From an uncultured virus (IMG/VR IMGVR_UViG_3300034018_000714) (Duplodnaviria; Heunggongvirae; Uroviricota; Caudoviricetes): a stretch of 64,000 nt of DNA. Location of the stretch: the IMG/VR virus record IMGVR_UViG_3300034018_000714, one strand, 5' to 3'. Shown piece by piece: positions 1 through 8,147 of the stretch (positions within the stretch are counted from its first letter, which is position 1; every line of letters starts with the position of its first letter). Under the pieces are notes generated by a model that worked only from the letters and a program-made list of their open reading frames with translations, was not told where the DNA came from and did no database searches. Made by a program: the position numbers and the translations under genes.

Positions 1-337
1 GCCCTCTCGTGTGTGCCCCCGATTCCATAGCCCCAGCCGTAGTGCATGACCATGCAGTCATTTATGCATAAAAAGTGATCAATTTTGGTGATTTCCCTTA
101 CGCCACAAGGGTTTCCGCCGATGTATGAAAAATATGCGATGTCAAAACCAAAAAGCCCGTTTTTATTGCCTTTTTTGACATGGCTTATGTGCAATTAGTC
201 AATGAAAACAGGGGTATTTGCAATACTGCATAAACATGCAGAAACGCCGTAGAGGCGCCAAAAATGCTTTTTTGACTCGTTATAGCCAAAGGGGGGTTAC
301 TAACGGGTAGAGGGGCTCTACTAGCGGGTAATGGGCA

Positions 338-434
338 TGTGACGGTGGTCACATTTGGGGGTATGTGACGAAGGTCACAGGGTCATGGTGTGTCGTTGGT
401 CACACCCCCCCATGGTTAAGTGACGGGCGTCACA
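338..434. promoter_or_regulatory. Cluster of four CRP/GlxR-like palindromic boxes (TGTGA-N6-TCACA)
   Basis: TGTGAcggtggTCACA 338-353 and TGTGAcgaaggTCACA 364-379 (perfect); TGTGTcgttggTCACA 389-404 and AGTGAcgggcgTCACA 419-434 (one mismatch each). Confidence 0.6.
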
Positions 435-532
435 CGGTCGGGGGGTAGGGGCGACTAAGCCCTAAGTCACAAAACACCCCATAGCCCTATCCAGGAAAAC
501 ACCCCGATCACCAAATAGCCCTATACTGGGTC

Positions 533-727
533 ATGGCTATCCATGAATTCCAGCAGCCACTAGAGGTTTCTACCCCTCTCGGTGATGGGGTGGCCCTGCT
601 TCTCATTGATTATGGCTGGGGCGCTAACAGTTGCTGGGTTGTCGTGCTTGAGTCGGGTATTGTCAAGCACTTTGAGTCCAATGACATCAGGTTCCGACCT
701 AACCCCACATGGGGAATATTGAAGTAA
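533..727 (+). CDS. Hypothetical protein (64 aa)
   Basis: ORF track; TATACT 522-527 lies 5 nt before the ATG. Confidence 0.7.
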   Translation: MAIHEFQQPLEVSTPLGDGVALLLIDYGWGANSCWVVVLESGIVKHFESNDIRFRPNPTWGILK

Positions 728-736
728 ACTGGGTAT

Positions 737-1132
737 ATGGCACTTAACCCTAACCAATTCCATGCAATCCTGAAACCTAGTGTGACATGGAGCGCCGATG
801 AAAGTGGTTACAGTGCTGATATTGGTATTGTAAACCCAACAGACCCTGATTCTGCCGTGGGTGGGCGTATTAGTTGGTCTAGCCGTGGTGGTAATGCAAG
901 ATTCTTTAGCAATCGTGGGGATGTGTACGGCATTGATGGTCATCACAAGACACCTAGCGCCGCTGTGACTGCATTCAACAAACAACATATTCCTAGCGCC
1001 AAGATAACCAAAAAGTTCAAAAACTCTGAGGTACAGCCTCTTGCTGAACAAATCCAATCCGCTGGTGGTTATGACGGCTGGAAAGACATGGTCAATGCTT
1101 CTTCCGCCATGGTCGGTGGACCTTTTAAGTAG
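737..1132 (+). CDS. Hypothetical protein with N-terminal LNPNQF tag
   Basis: ORF track; TAAACT-N6-ATG; starts MALNPNQF. Confidence 0.75.
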   Translation: MALNPNQFHAILKPSVTWSADESGYSADIGIVNPTDPDSAVGGRISWSSRGGNARFFSNRGDVYGIDGHHKTPSAAVTAFNKQHIPSAKITKKFKNSEVQPLAEQIQSAGGYDGWKDMVNASSAMVGGPFK

Positions 1133-1144
1133 TAAACTAGTTAT

Positions 1145-1558
1145 ATGAGTCGTAGAGATAACTTTAATGAAGGCCATGGTAACGAGAACCATTGGTTGCA
1201 ACCCATTGGTCCTGAAGAAATACAGGAATTATTGGCTATTGGTCGTGCAAGTAAAGAGCGAGCAGATTGGAACAGAGAGCGTGAACAGGCTCCTGTCAAC
1301 CTGAGCGACCGAACTGACCTCCAAATGCACCTTGTAAGCGCACATGGCATGCATCCAGACGAAACTATGTTCTATGACGAGTCCTCACACGACTCTATCC
1401 CTGCATTAGCAGGTCGTAAGCGCAACTGGAACGGTCCTACAGTCCCCGAATTAGACCATACAGACCTCCACCACATGCATGATCACGAACACACAGCAGG
1501 TGAGTACGCATCAGACTACCCACACACCACAATGGGCTCTAGTCACTTCCACCACTGA
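1145..1558 (+). CDS. His-rich hypothetical protein, possibly metal-binding
   Basis: MHLVSAHGMH, LHHMHDHEH, terminal HFHH; TAAACT-N6-ATG. Confidence 0.7.
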   Translation: MSRRDNFNEGHGNENHWLQPIGPEEIQELLAIGRASKERADWNREREQAPVNLSDRTDLQMHLVSAHGMHPDETMFYDESSHDSIPALAGRKRNWNGPTVPELDHTDLHHMHDHEHTAGEYASDYPHTTMGSSHFHH

Positions 1559-1559
1559 C

Positions 1560-2081
1560 ATGCCAGTACCTACAGGTCCACAGTTTGTAGTCTTTCACTC
1601 ATCTAGTTCGCAAACACCCCCACATGAGGTAGAGCACCCAAGGGCGGCTAGGTTGGCTGTCGGAGGTGGTATGCCCCTTTCAAACAAGCACCCAGACATT
1701 GTTCACGCTGGAACCCTTGCCGCTGCACAAGAAGTAAGTGCTAACTCCAGAATCTGGTTCCACCAGTACGGTATTGACCCTTCTGAGGAGTACCCAGTCA
1801 CATTTGGCGATGAAACAGCGTCAACACACGACAACAATGTGGACTCAGTAAATTACAGTGATACTAAAAATTTTAAAGAAAAAATGTCTGGTGTACAGCC
1901 AGGATTGTTTGAGTCTGTGGCTGGAACCCCTGATATCGCTCTAAAGAGTAACCGTGCCGTCCCATACCGCAATGCTTTAGAAGACGCAGGAAATATCTCT
2001 TATATGATCCCCAAGGGAGCAGTCGGTAAGACAGTGAAGTACCTCGGTGTAAAGTCAGCACGAGAGTTAGAAGAACAATAG
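1560..2081 (+). CDS. Putative ADP-ribosyltransferase-like protein (paralog of 5460-6008)
   Basis: Start revised to MPVPTGPQF right after upstream stop; VFHSS...IVHAGT..AA...YRNALEDAGNISYMIP pattern resembles ART folds of phage polyvalent proteins. Confidence 0.55.
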   Translation: MPVPTGPQFVVFHSSSSQTPPHEVEHPRAARLAVGGGMPLSNKHPDIVHAGTLAAAQEVSANSRIWFHQYGIDPSEEYPVTFGDETASTHDNNVDSVNYSDTKNFKEKMSGVQPGLFESVAGTPDIALKSNRAVPYRNALEDAGNISYMIPKGAVGKTVKYLGVKSARELEEQ

Positions 2082-2140
2082 CCACTAGGGCGCTGAACGG
2101 AGTAAAAAATTTCGCCGTTTGACCATAGTAAAATAGTATT

Positions 2141-2503
2141 GTGCCTGCATACGATAAATTAAACAAAGTACTTTTCCACGGTACGGGACACTACTTTGAC
2201 GAGGGTGAAACAATTAAACCCTCTACTGGTCATGTTGTTGAAGGAGAGCACTCTGGTAGCGCACTATCCTTCGCTACGACAGACATTAGACGAGCACGGT
2301 CACGGGCTGGAGTAAAAGCAGCCAGTATGGGGATGTTGTTTGCCCCTGTTTATAGCGTTGAGTCACCTGACGATGTCAAAGTTAAAACAGGCGATCTGGT
2401 AGACAAGAGCGATCACATCTCTAAACAGGGCCATGTTGTTCAGAAAATCGTTGACTGGGGCGTGAATAAGAACATTCAACCCATTGACCCAGAATACGAG
2501 TAA
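2141..2503 (+). CDS. Arr-like ADP-ribosyltransferase-fold protein
   Basis: LFHGT...G.TI.P...FATTD...A...PVYSVE resembles the Arr (H-Y clade) ART signature; TAAAAT-N6-GTG. Confidence 0.65.
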   Translation: MPAYDKLNKVLFHGTGHYFDEGETIKPSTGHVVEGEHSGSALSFATTDIRRARSRAGVKAASMGMLFAPVYSVESPDDVKVKTGDLVDKSDHISKQGHVVQKIVDWGVNKNIQPIDPEYE

Positions 2504-2512
2504 ACTAGATAA

Positions 2513-2905
2513 ATGCCAGCCTCGGATCATGTCAACCCATATCAACTGAAGTTGTTTATGACAGCAGGTGAGTTGATGGACACTGACTCTAGTGACGCTA
2601 ATTTAAGTACTTTACGAGAAAATAGCAGCATACACGGACGAAAACTGGAAGAATCCAAGATGAACTGGGAGGATTACCACAATAATCACTTCCTTCCGTG
2701 GACTCCAGACTCAGATGACTCCAACTTGTACGAAAGTATCCAGAAAAAGGGTGTCCAGAAGCCCGTTGAAGTTTACTTAAGTAAAAATACAGGTCAGTAC
2801 AGACCGATTATTACCGATGGAAACCACAGAACAGCGGTTGCTAACGACATTAACCCCAATATGTACATTCCTGTTGAGTACGACCACTTCAAAATTAAGG
2901 ATTAG
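2513..2905 (+). CDS. Stand-alone ParB/Sulfiredoxin-like N-terminal domain protein
   Basis: LYESIQKKGVQKPVEV...IITDGNHRTAVA...IPV; no HTH. Confidence 0.75.
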   Translation: MPASDHVNPYQLKLFMTAGELMDTDSSDANLSTLRENSSIHGRKLEESKMNWEDYHNNHFLPWTPDSDDSNLYESIQKKGVQKPVEVYLSKNTGQYRPIITDGNHRTAVANDINPNMYIPVEYDHFKIKD

Positions 2906-2907
2906 CC

Positions 2908-3759
2908 ATGGCATTTGATTATTTTAAAGAAGCCAGATTACCCCGTATGCCTACATACACGGCTGTGGGACCAGAGTTTGAACAAAAAGATTCTTTTACT
3001 GGTGATATAGAAAAGCGCCGCCCGTATGCAAGTGTCTCTGTAATGCATAATCCATCACGGTATGTTGTTCCCTACCCTAATAACCAAAAATATAAACACA
3101 ACCAGCGTGATCCACATGGTGTTACAGGTTTAAGTGAAGGTTATTTAGACCATCTTTCAGAAACTATTAGGTCAAAGCCAGAGGACGACTGGACTGGTGC
3201 CGATGACTCTGCGATACAAGTATTACAAACTATTCACTCTGGTTCTCCCCATCGGATAAACGAGAGATTTGCAAAAACACACATGGAAGGTAACCCACAC
3301 TTTCAACCAGAAACTTTGTTTGAAAGAGTTCCATCGTCTATACAAATTGACAACATGATGGCGGACCCAAGTATGGGACACGCTGCTATTACACTTGCTG
3401 CCCTTGCCAAGCGTGACTTGGGGGCAGAAAAAGTGATTGCATCTAATGACTTATCTTATTACAGCAGTAAGTTAACTAAGACAGCACTAAAAAAGGGTTT
3501 AGTTGAGACAGACCCGTCAAACCCTGACGCAGATCAAACAAATTATATGAGACAACACAATCGTTCTGTAGATAGTGCGTCTGCCAACAATGTGTGGGGT
3601 AATGACGAGCCTGATACCCCTGTATCCCCTGACTTGGTTCGTGCAGCCCGACAGGATGTTCGTGAGATGCTTCGCAAGCCTAAGGCTAGAAATACCACAC
3701 CTGTAACCAAAAAAGGTCTCAGTGACCAGTTTCTCCCTGGTATGGAAGGATTTGTCTGA
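2908..3759 (+). CDS. Hypothetical protein with possible GNAT-like domain; paralog of 3759-4637
   Basis: IDNMMADPSMG..AITL...ASNDLSYYSSKL; C-terminal GLSDQFLPGMEGFV shared with next gene. Confidence 0.6.
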   Translation: MAFDYFKEARLPRMPTYTAVGPEFEQKDSFTGDIEKRRPYASVSVMHNPSRYVVPYPNNQKYKHNQRDPHGVTGLSEGYLDHLSETIRSKPEDDWTGADDSAIQVLQTIHSGSPHRINERFAKTHMEGNPHFQPETLFERVPSSIQIDNMMADPSMGHAAITLAALAKRDLGAEKVIASNDLSYYSSKLTKTALKKGLVETDPSNPDADQTNYMRQHNRSVDSASANNVWGNDEPDTPVSPDLVRAARQDVREMLRKPKARNTTPVTKKGLSDQFLPGMEGFV

Positions 3760-4637
3760 TGGTTGATTATATTCGTGAGAACCATAGTCGTTACGGAGGT
3801 AGTCGGTACAACCCTGCTGGGTCTGTTACTAACTACAGAGCACTAGGTAAGTCAGACGAAGAAACAGGTCGTACCCCTTACGCAGCCCTCACTGTGCACC
3901 ATACTTATGCTGGTTATGCCCCTACCTTTGATAATTCTGAAGAAGGCACTGTTTCTGGTCTATCAGATGACTATATCCAACACAAACGGTCAGAAATGTT
4001 TGACAAAGAACGGTCTGACGAACCTTCTACAAAGGAAAGAACTGATGCCATGGCTGCACTGAAAATTTTGCAGCACACTAGCACCTATGGGGAAGACCCT
4101 GACTCCGTAAAAGATATAAAGTCTTGGGCTGTTGATCAAGCGCATAACAATCCACACATTGCTCCAGATAAATTGTTTTTTGAAACTAATCCAGCAAAAA
4201 CACACATTGGTTCTATGTTTGTAGACCCCTCCATGAAAACCTCAGGAATCAACCTACTTGGTATTGCCTATGACGAGCATAATAAAGCACCATTTGAGGC
4301 GGATAGTTCACTTACACGATTTAGTAGTAGGTTGACCCAGAATGCAATGAAGCGTGGTCTACCAGTAACTGGTAGTTACTCTAACCCCAATGCAGAGAGC
4401 ACTGCTGACGATTGGGATAACCCAACTCACGGAGAGCAATCAATGGGTAATGACTATGCAGATAGATTGCGTAGAAGTGGTCCTTCTTTTACGAGGGCAC
4501 AACCTATCTCTGACTTAGGTCTTATCCGAGGTAAAACTGGTGTGCGTGAAATGCTTGGAAAAACACGAAACACAAAGCCAGTAACCTCTAAAGGTCTTAG
4601 TGATCAGTTCTTGCCAGGAATGGAAGGTTTTGTTTAA
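3759..4637 (+). CDS. Hypothetical protein with possible GNAT-like domain; paralog of 2908-3759
   Basis: IGSMFVDPSMKTSGINLL...ADSSLTRFSSRL; same C-terminal tail; TGATG coupling. Confidence 0.6.
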   Translation: MVDYIRENHSRYGGSRYNPAGSVTNYRALGKSDEETGRTPYAALTVHHTYAGYAPTFDNSEEGTVSGLSDDYIQHKRSEMFDKERSDEPSTKERTDAMAALKILQHTSTYGEDPDSVKDIKSWAVDQAHNNPHIAPDKLFFETNPAKTHIGSMFVDPSMKTSGINLLGIAYDEHNKAPFEADSSLTRFSSRLTQNAMKRGLPVTGSYSNPNAESTADDWDNPTHGEQSMGNDYADRLRRSGPSFTRAQPISDLGLIRGKTGVREMLGKTRNTKPVTSKGLSDQFLPGMEGFV

Positions 4638-4840
4638 TGGGTGAGTTAGTTGACCTCAATGAGTTTCGTGAGCGCAAATTAAGTTCACAGTTTGACGCTG
4701 AAAAGCAAAAGCGTGCAGACGACAAGAAAAAGCGCCAGCAGAAACAAAACCAGCGTGAACGCCGAGAAAATGAACTTGACGATTCAATGATGCGTCACCC
4801 TGCTTATCAGAGCAGAAAAAAGAAGTTTGAAGACGACTAG
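4637..4840 (+). CDS. Small charged hypothetical protein
   Basis: ORF track; TAATG coupling; VDLNEFRERK and LSSQF motifs. Confidence 0.65.
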   Translation: MGELVDLNEFRERKLSSQFDAEKQKRADDKKKRQQKQNQRERRENELDDSMMRHPAYQSRKKKFEDD

Positions 4841-4849
4841 ACTGTCAAA

Positions 4850-5023
4850 ATGCCTACATACCAGTACAAGTGCTCCAACGACCACTTCTATGAAGAAGAT
4901 CGGTCTATTCACTCAGAAGAACCAATTATTACCTGTGATCAATGCCATGAAGACATGAAGAAGGTTTTTGGCTCCCCAAGTATCAACCTTGTTGGTCGTG
5001 GGTTCTACCGCAACGGCGGTTGA
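4850..5023 (+). CDS. FmdB-family zinc-ribbon protein (57 aa, below ORF-track cutoff)
   Basis: Translated by hand: MPTYQYKCSNDH...TCDQCHEDMKKVFGSPSINLVGRGFYRNGG; TAGACT-N6-ATG. Confidence 0.8.
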   Translation: MPTYQYKCSNDHFYEEDRSIHSEEPIITCDQCHEDMKKVFGSPSINLVGRGFYRNGG

Positions 5024-5037
5024 TGTAAACTTATTAA

Positions 5038-5445
5038 ATGGCTACTTGGCATCATCTTAATGAACAACTCTTTATGCCAGCCAGTATGCTCCGTGAAGAA
5101 CTTGAAGGCTCAGACCTTGAAATGACCACAAAAGATGTCACTAGGTCTGGTCATCCTTCTGAAGAATTATTCTGGAATCGCAAAAGCGATGAAGCATATA
5201 AGTCAGGACTGCATACGAGCCTGCGTAAAGAGGGGATGGTCAACCCCATTCGTCTTGGCAGGAGCCGTGGTCAGACCAGTATTGTCAATGGTGCACACCG
5301 TATTGCCGCCGCACATGACATTGATCCCCTATGGATGGTCCCTGTGACCTACAAAGAGGCTGTCAACGACCCAGAGGCACAGTCTGACCGCCTCCCAGGC
5401 CATGTTCATCGTGAAGATGAGACTTATCTCCACGAACTTGACTAG
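5038..5445 (+). CDS. Stand-alone ParB/Sulfiredoxin-like domain protein
   Basis: LHTSLRKEGMVNPIRL...IVNGAHRIAAA...VPV; TAAACT-N6-ATG. Confidence 0.75.
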   Translation: MATWHHLNEQLFMPASMLREELEGSDLEMTTKDVTRSGHPSEELFWNRKSDEAYKSGLHTSLRKEGMVNPIRLGRSRGQTSIVNGAHRIAAAHDIDPLWMVPVTYKEAVNDPEAQSDRLPGHVHREDETYLHELD

Positions 5446-5459
5446 TGTAAAATAGATAG

Positions 5460-6008
5460 ATGCCAGCGCCCACAGGACCACAGTTTCAAAGAGTATTCCA
5501 TCGGTCTAACTCAGATACTCCTGTGCACCTTCAGGAAGCCACCACAAGGCAGGCATACCACCCTGACTCTAATTATCACCCTGACATCTTTCACGCTGGT
5601 ACAGAGGAATCTACCAAAGAAGTTCGTTTTAGTAACCGCCCATACATGCACGAGTATGAAATTGATATGTCCCACCCTTCTATATCACCTGTTACTTGGG
5701 GAGAAGAGGGAAGTATCTTGCGTGACCACGCTTCAGTAGAAAATAATCCAAATAATGACTGGTCCTCGTATAAATTAGGAGTAGTGCAGGAGTTTTCTGA
5801 CAGTATGAGGGGCAAACAAGAAGGGTTGTTTGAAAGCATTCCTGCTGATGCACAGTATGCAGCAGAAAAAGGATCTATTCTTCCATATCGCAACAGAGTT
5901 GAAGATAAAGGAAGTATTTCGTACATTGTTCCAAAATCATCTGTTGGTGGCGCTGTGCGCTTTGTTGGCACCACTAGAGTTCCAACACCCTACGATAAAG
6001 TACAATAG
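5460..6008 (+). CDS. Putative ADP-ribosyltransferase-like protein (paralog of 1560-2081)
   Basis: VFHRS...IFHAGT...YRNRVEDKGSISYIVP; MPAPTGPQF start; TAAAAT-N6-ATG. Confidence 0.55.
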   Translation: MPAPTGPQFQRVFHRSNSDTPVHLQEATTRQAYHPDSNYHPDIFHAGTEESTKEVRFSNRPYMHEYEIDMSHPSISPVTWGEEGSILRDHASVENNPNNDWSSYKLGVVQEFSDSMRGKQEGLFESIPADAQYAAEKGSILPYRNRVEDKGSISYIVPKSSVGGAVRFVGTTRVPTPYDKVQ

Positions 6009-6012
6009 ATAG

Positions 6013-6897
6013 ATGGCACGAAAAGGAACCAAGGACGCTCTGGGGACACCACTACCCCCAGAGGAAACAATTCCAGTTGCCAATGTTCCAAAAATTACCC
6101 CCGTTAAAGAGGGTCAACAACACCCTATGGGTAAGCACGGTCAGTACAAACTGTTCCATGAACATGTTTGGCCTAAGGGTTACACCCCTGACCGATTAAA
6201 GCAAGTTAGTGATGCACAGTTTCGTGTAAGTGCTGGTGGGTTTCACGACATTGATACCAGCAATTACGACAATCGTGATCGTGATCGTGCCATTAATAAC
6301 AAAATTGGTTCTGCTCTGGTAAATGATCACATTGCTAGATCAACTATTCCCATTGATGAAGTACGAAATTTAGCAAAAAATGTTACCTTTTGGATTGGTC
6401 AAGATAAACCATACCCAGAAACTAATAGTTTTAGTTTAAGTGGTCAAACAGTTAATCTGGCTTTAAAATCTCATAATACTGCTGGTGACATCCAAGCCAT
6501 TACCACTCATGAACTTGGTCATGCCAACGACTATTTAAACAATCCAAGTGGCATGTGGAACAGGCTTAGTGAGGCGCATAAAGATCCATTGAGTTATAGG
6601 TACGCTGGTGGTGGTGTAGCAGAACCACTAAGTGAAGGAAATGCCGAAGGGTACCGACTTGCCCACGCACGAGTAACCAGGGGTCAAAAAAGAACTGGTG
6701 GTGACTGGACCAAGTATGGGTACTCACCTAAGGGGTGGGTGTTTCCTGAAATGGGTAGTCGGTATTTAGAAGCAAGAAATACAACTTTTAAACAGGCTAC
6801 TGGTCATCACTTTGAAGAACAGTTGCCCGAAGGTTGGTCACCGTTTGATGGATACGAAAAGAAGAAGAAACAACCAACTCTATTTGATGACCTTTAA
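6013..6897 (+). CDS. Zincin-like metallopeptidase
   Basis: HELGH motif plus downstream E (LSEGNAEGY); TACAAT-N6-ATG; C-terminal QPTLF. Confidence 0.7.
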   Translation: MARKGTKDALGTPLPPEETIPVANVPKITPVKEGQQHPMGKHGQYKLFHEHVWPKGYTPDRLKQVSDAQFRVSAGGFHDIDTSNYDNRDRDRAINNKIGSALVNDHIARSTIPIDEVRNLAKNVTFWIGQDKPYPETNSFSLSGQTVNLALKSHNTAGDIQAITTHELGHANDYLNNPSGMWNRLSEAHKDPLSYRYAGGGVAEPLSEGNAEGYRLAHARVTRGQKRTGGDWTKYGYSPKGWVFPEMGSRYLEARNTTFKQATGHHFEEQLPEGWSPFDGYEKKKKQPTLFDDL

Positions 6898-6915
6898 TCG
6901 GCTAAAATAGATACT

Positions 6916-7146
6916 GTGAAACAGATTCTTCTCCGTATCCTTGCCACTTTTGCAGCCACTGGTCTTTCCGTTGTTGGCGCAGGTGCTATTGCTGGTATCC
7001 CACTATGGAAAGCCGTACTGATGGCAGGTATTGGTGGTGTCTCATTTGTAGTTGAAGGTCTTGCTCGTGCCTTCATGGATGATGGAAAACTTACCGTTGA
7101 CGAGATCAACGATGTATTTAACAAAGTTGATAAAAAAGGTAAATAA
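6916..7146 (+). CDS. Small two-TM membrane protein (holin-like)
   Basis: Two hydrophobic segments, then DDGKLTVDEIN and a basic tail. Confidence 0.6.
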   Translation: MKQILLRILATFAATGLSVVGAGAIAGIPLWKAVLMAGIGGVSFVVEGLARAFMDDGKLTVDEINDVFNKVDKKGK

Positions 7147-7598
7147 TGGCTGCCAAGCGTGCCATCAACCCTAACCAACTTCGTTTGTTTATGAGCGCCC
7201 GTGAGTTGCGTGAGCACTTTGATCCTAACTGGGGAGATTTTGAAGGTGACGAAACAGAACCAAAACAAGTTTGGGATAGAAAGTTAAGCGCCTCTAAAGA
7301 AACTGGTCTTTATGACGACATCAAAGATATTGGTGTTCGTGTACCAGTAACTATCACGGGTAACCCAGATGGTGGTGAATTTAACCCTGAGGTAATGGGT
7401 GGTCACCATAGAATCGCTGCCGCTTATGACATTAACCCTGACATGGAAATTCCAGTTAACTATGACGACAATGTTGAAAGTGCTTGGAATGTTGAGCGGG
7501 AGCGTGGATCGTCAGACCCCGTCCTTCAAGAACATGTGAAGAAAAAGTACGGCGGGTTTGGTCAGCCTCAAAACTTTAAAACCCTTAATGATTGGTAA
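7146..7598 (+). CDS. Stand-alone ParB/Sulfiredoxin-like domain protein
   Basis: LYDDIKDIGVRVPVTI...VMGGHHRIAAAYDINPDMEIPV. Confidence 0.75.
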   Translation: MAAKRAINPNQLRLFMSARELREHFDPNWGDFEGDETEPKQVWDRKLSASKETGLYDDIKDIGVRVPVTITGNPDGGEFNPEVMGGHHRIAAAYDINPDMEIPVNYDDNVESAWNVERERGSSDPVLQEHVKKKYGGFGQPQNFKTLNDW

Positions 7599-7612
7599 GG
7601 TACAATAGGTAC

Positions 7613-7855
7613 ATGTCAAGAAAAAAGCCTGAACAGGACAGCATGTCCGATGAAGAGATTAACGAAGACACCACCAGCGACTACATCGGTGGTCGTTTTT
7701 TAAGCCGTGCCCAGCGCAACCAAGCCGCTTTTGCAAAAGGTGTGACAGGTCGCTGTGGTTGTAAAGACGAAGGTTGCAAGGACTGTGAAAACCACCAGAT
7801 GTGGACGGCACTCCTTGACTCTGACGCAGGCGTCACTTCTCGTCAACAGTTCTGA
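7613..7855 (+). CDS. Small hypothetical protein with Cys cluster
   Basis: Start revised to ATG 7613 (TACAAT-N6-ATG); CGCKDEGCKDC. Confidence 0.65.
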   Translation: MSRKKPEQDSMSDEEINEDTTSDYIGGRFLSRAQRNQAAFAKGVTGRCGCKDEGCKDCENHQMWTALLDSDAGVTSRQQF

Positions 7856-7869
7856 TTTTTAATTAAACA

Positions 7870-8025
7870 ATGTTTGTAACCTACCCTGTTCACACGGTCC
7901 TCATGACCGATGCCATTAAGATTGCTACCAATCTGGCAAAGGCTAGTGGTTACAAGAACATTGTCCTTTCCAAGACTATCCAGGTTGCTGCCAGTTCTTG
8001 GGATGTCATCCTCGTGGTGTCATGA
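7870..8025 (+). CDS. Small hypothetical protein (51 aa)
   Basis: Hand translation MFVTYPVHTVLMTDAIKIATNLAKASGYKNIVLSK...; ATGA overlap with next ORF. Confidence 0.55.
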   Translation: MFVTYPVHTVLMTDAIKIATNLAKASGYKNIVLSKTIQVAASSWDVILVVS

Positions 8026-8147
8026 GTGATGCCAAAGACTGTTCTACTCAATGTGTTTGGTGTGGGGGCAAAATGCGTCCTGAACACGCTCATTATAAGT
8101 GCGAATCTTGCGGCGCTAGGGATGCTTGCTGCGAGGGAGTTTATTGA
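8022..8147 (+). CDS. Small zinc-finger protein (41 aa)
   Basis: Hand translation MSDAKDCSTQCVWCGGKMRPEHAHYKCESCGARDACCEGVY; two CxxC pairs. Confidence 0.7.
   Translation: MSDAKDCSTQCVWCGGKMRPEHAHYKCESCGARDACCEGVY

Noticed and set aside
452..471. Fifth CRP-like box
   Set aside because: Only the TCACA half-site matches at the correct spacing
560..1201. 213-aa minus-strand ORF
   Set aside because: Overlaps three plus-strand genes that each have a promoter-like junction; no recognisable motif
1479..1559. ORF-track N-terminal extensions (also 8126, 11880, 27748, 54476, 62651)
   Set aside because: They overlap upstream genes; downstream starts fit stop-start coupling, RBS or paralog N-termini better
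2141..2503. Calling the Arr-like genes rifampicin-resistance genes (arr)
   Set aside because: Only fold-level motifs are visible; the rifamycin-binding loop is not recognisable
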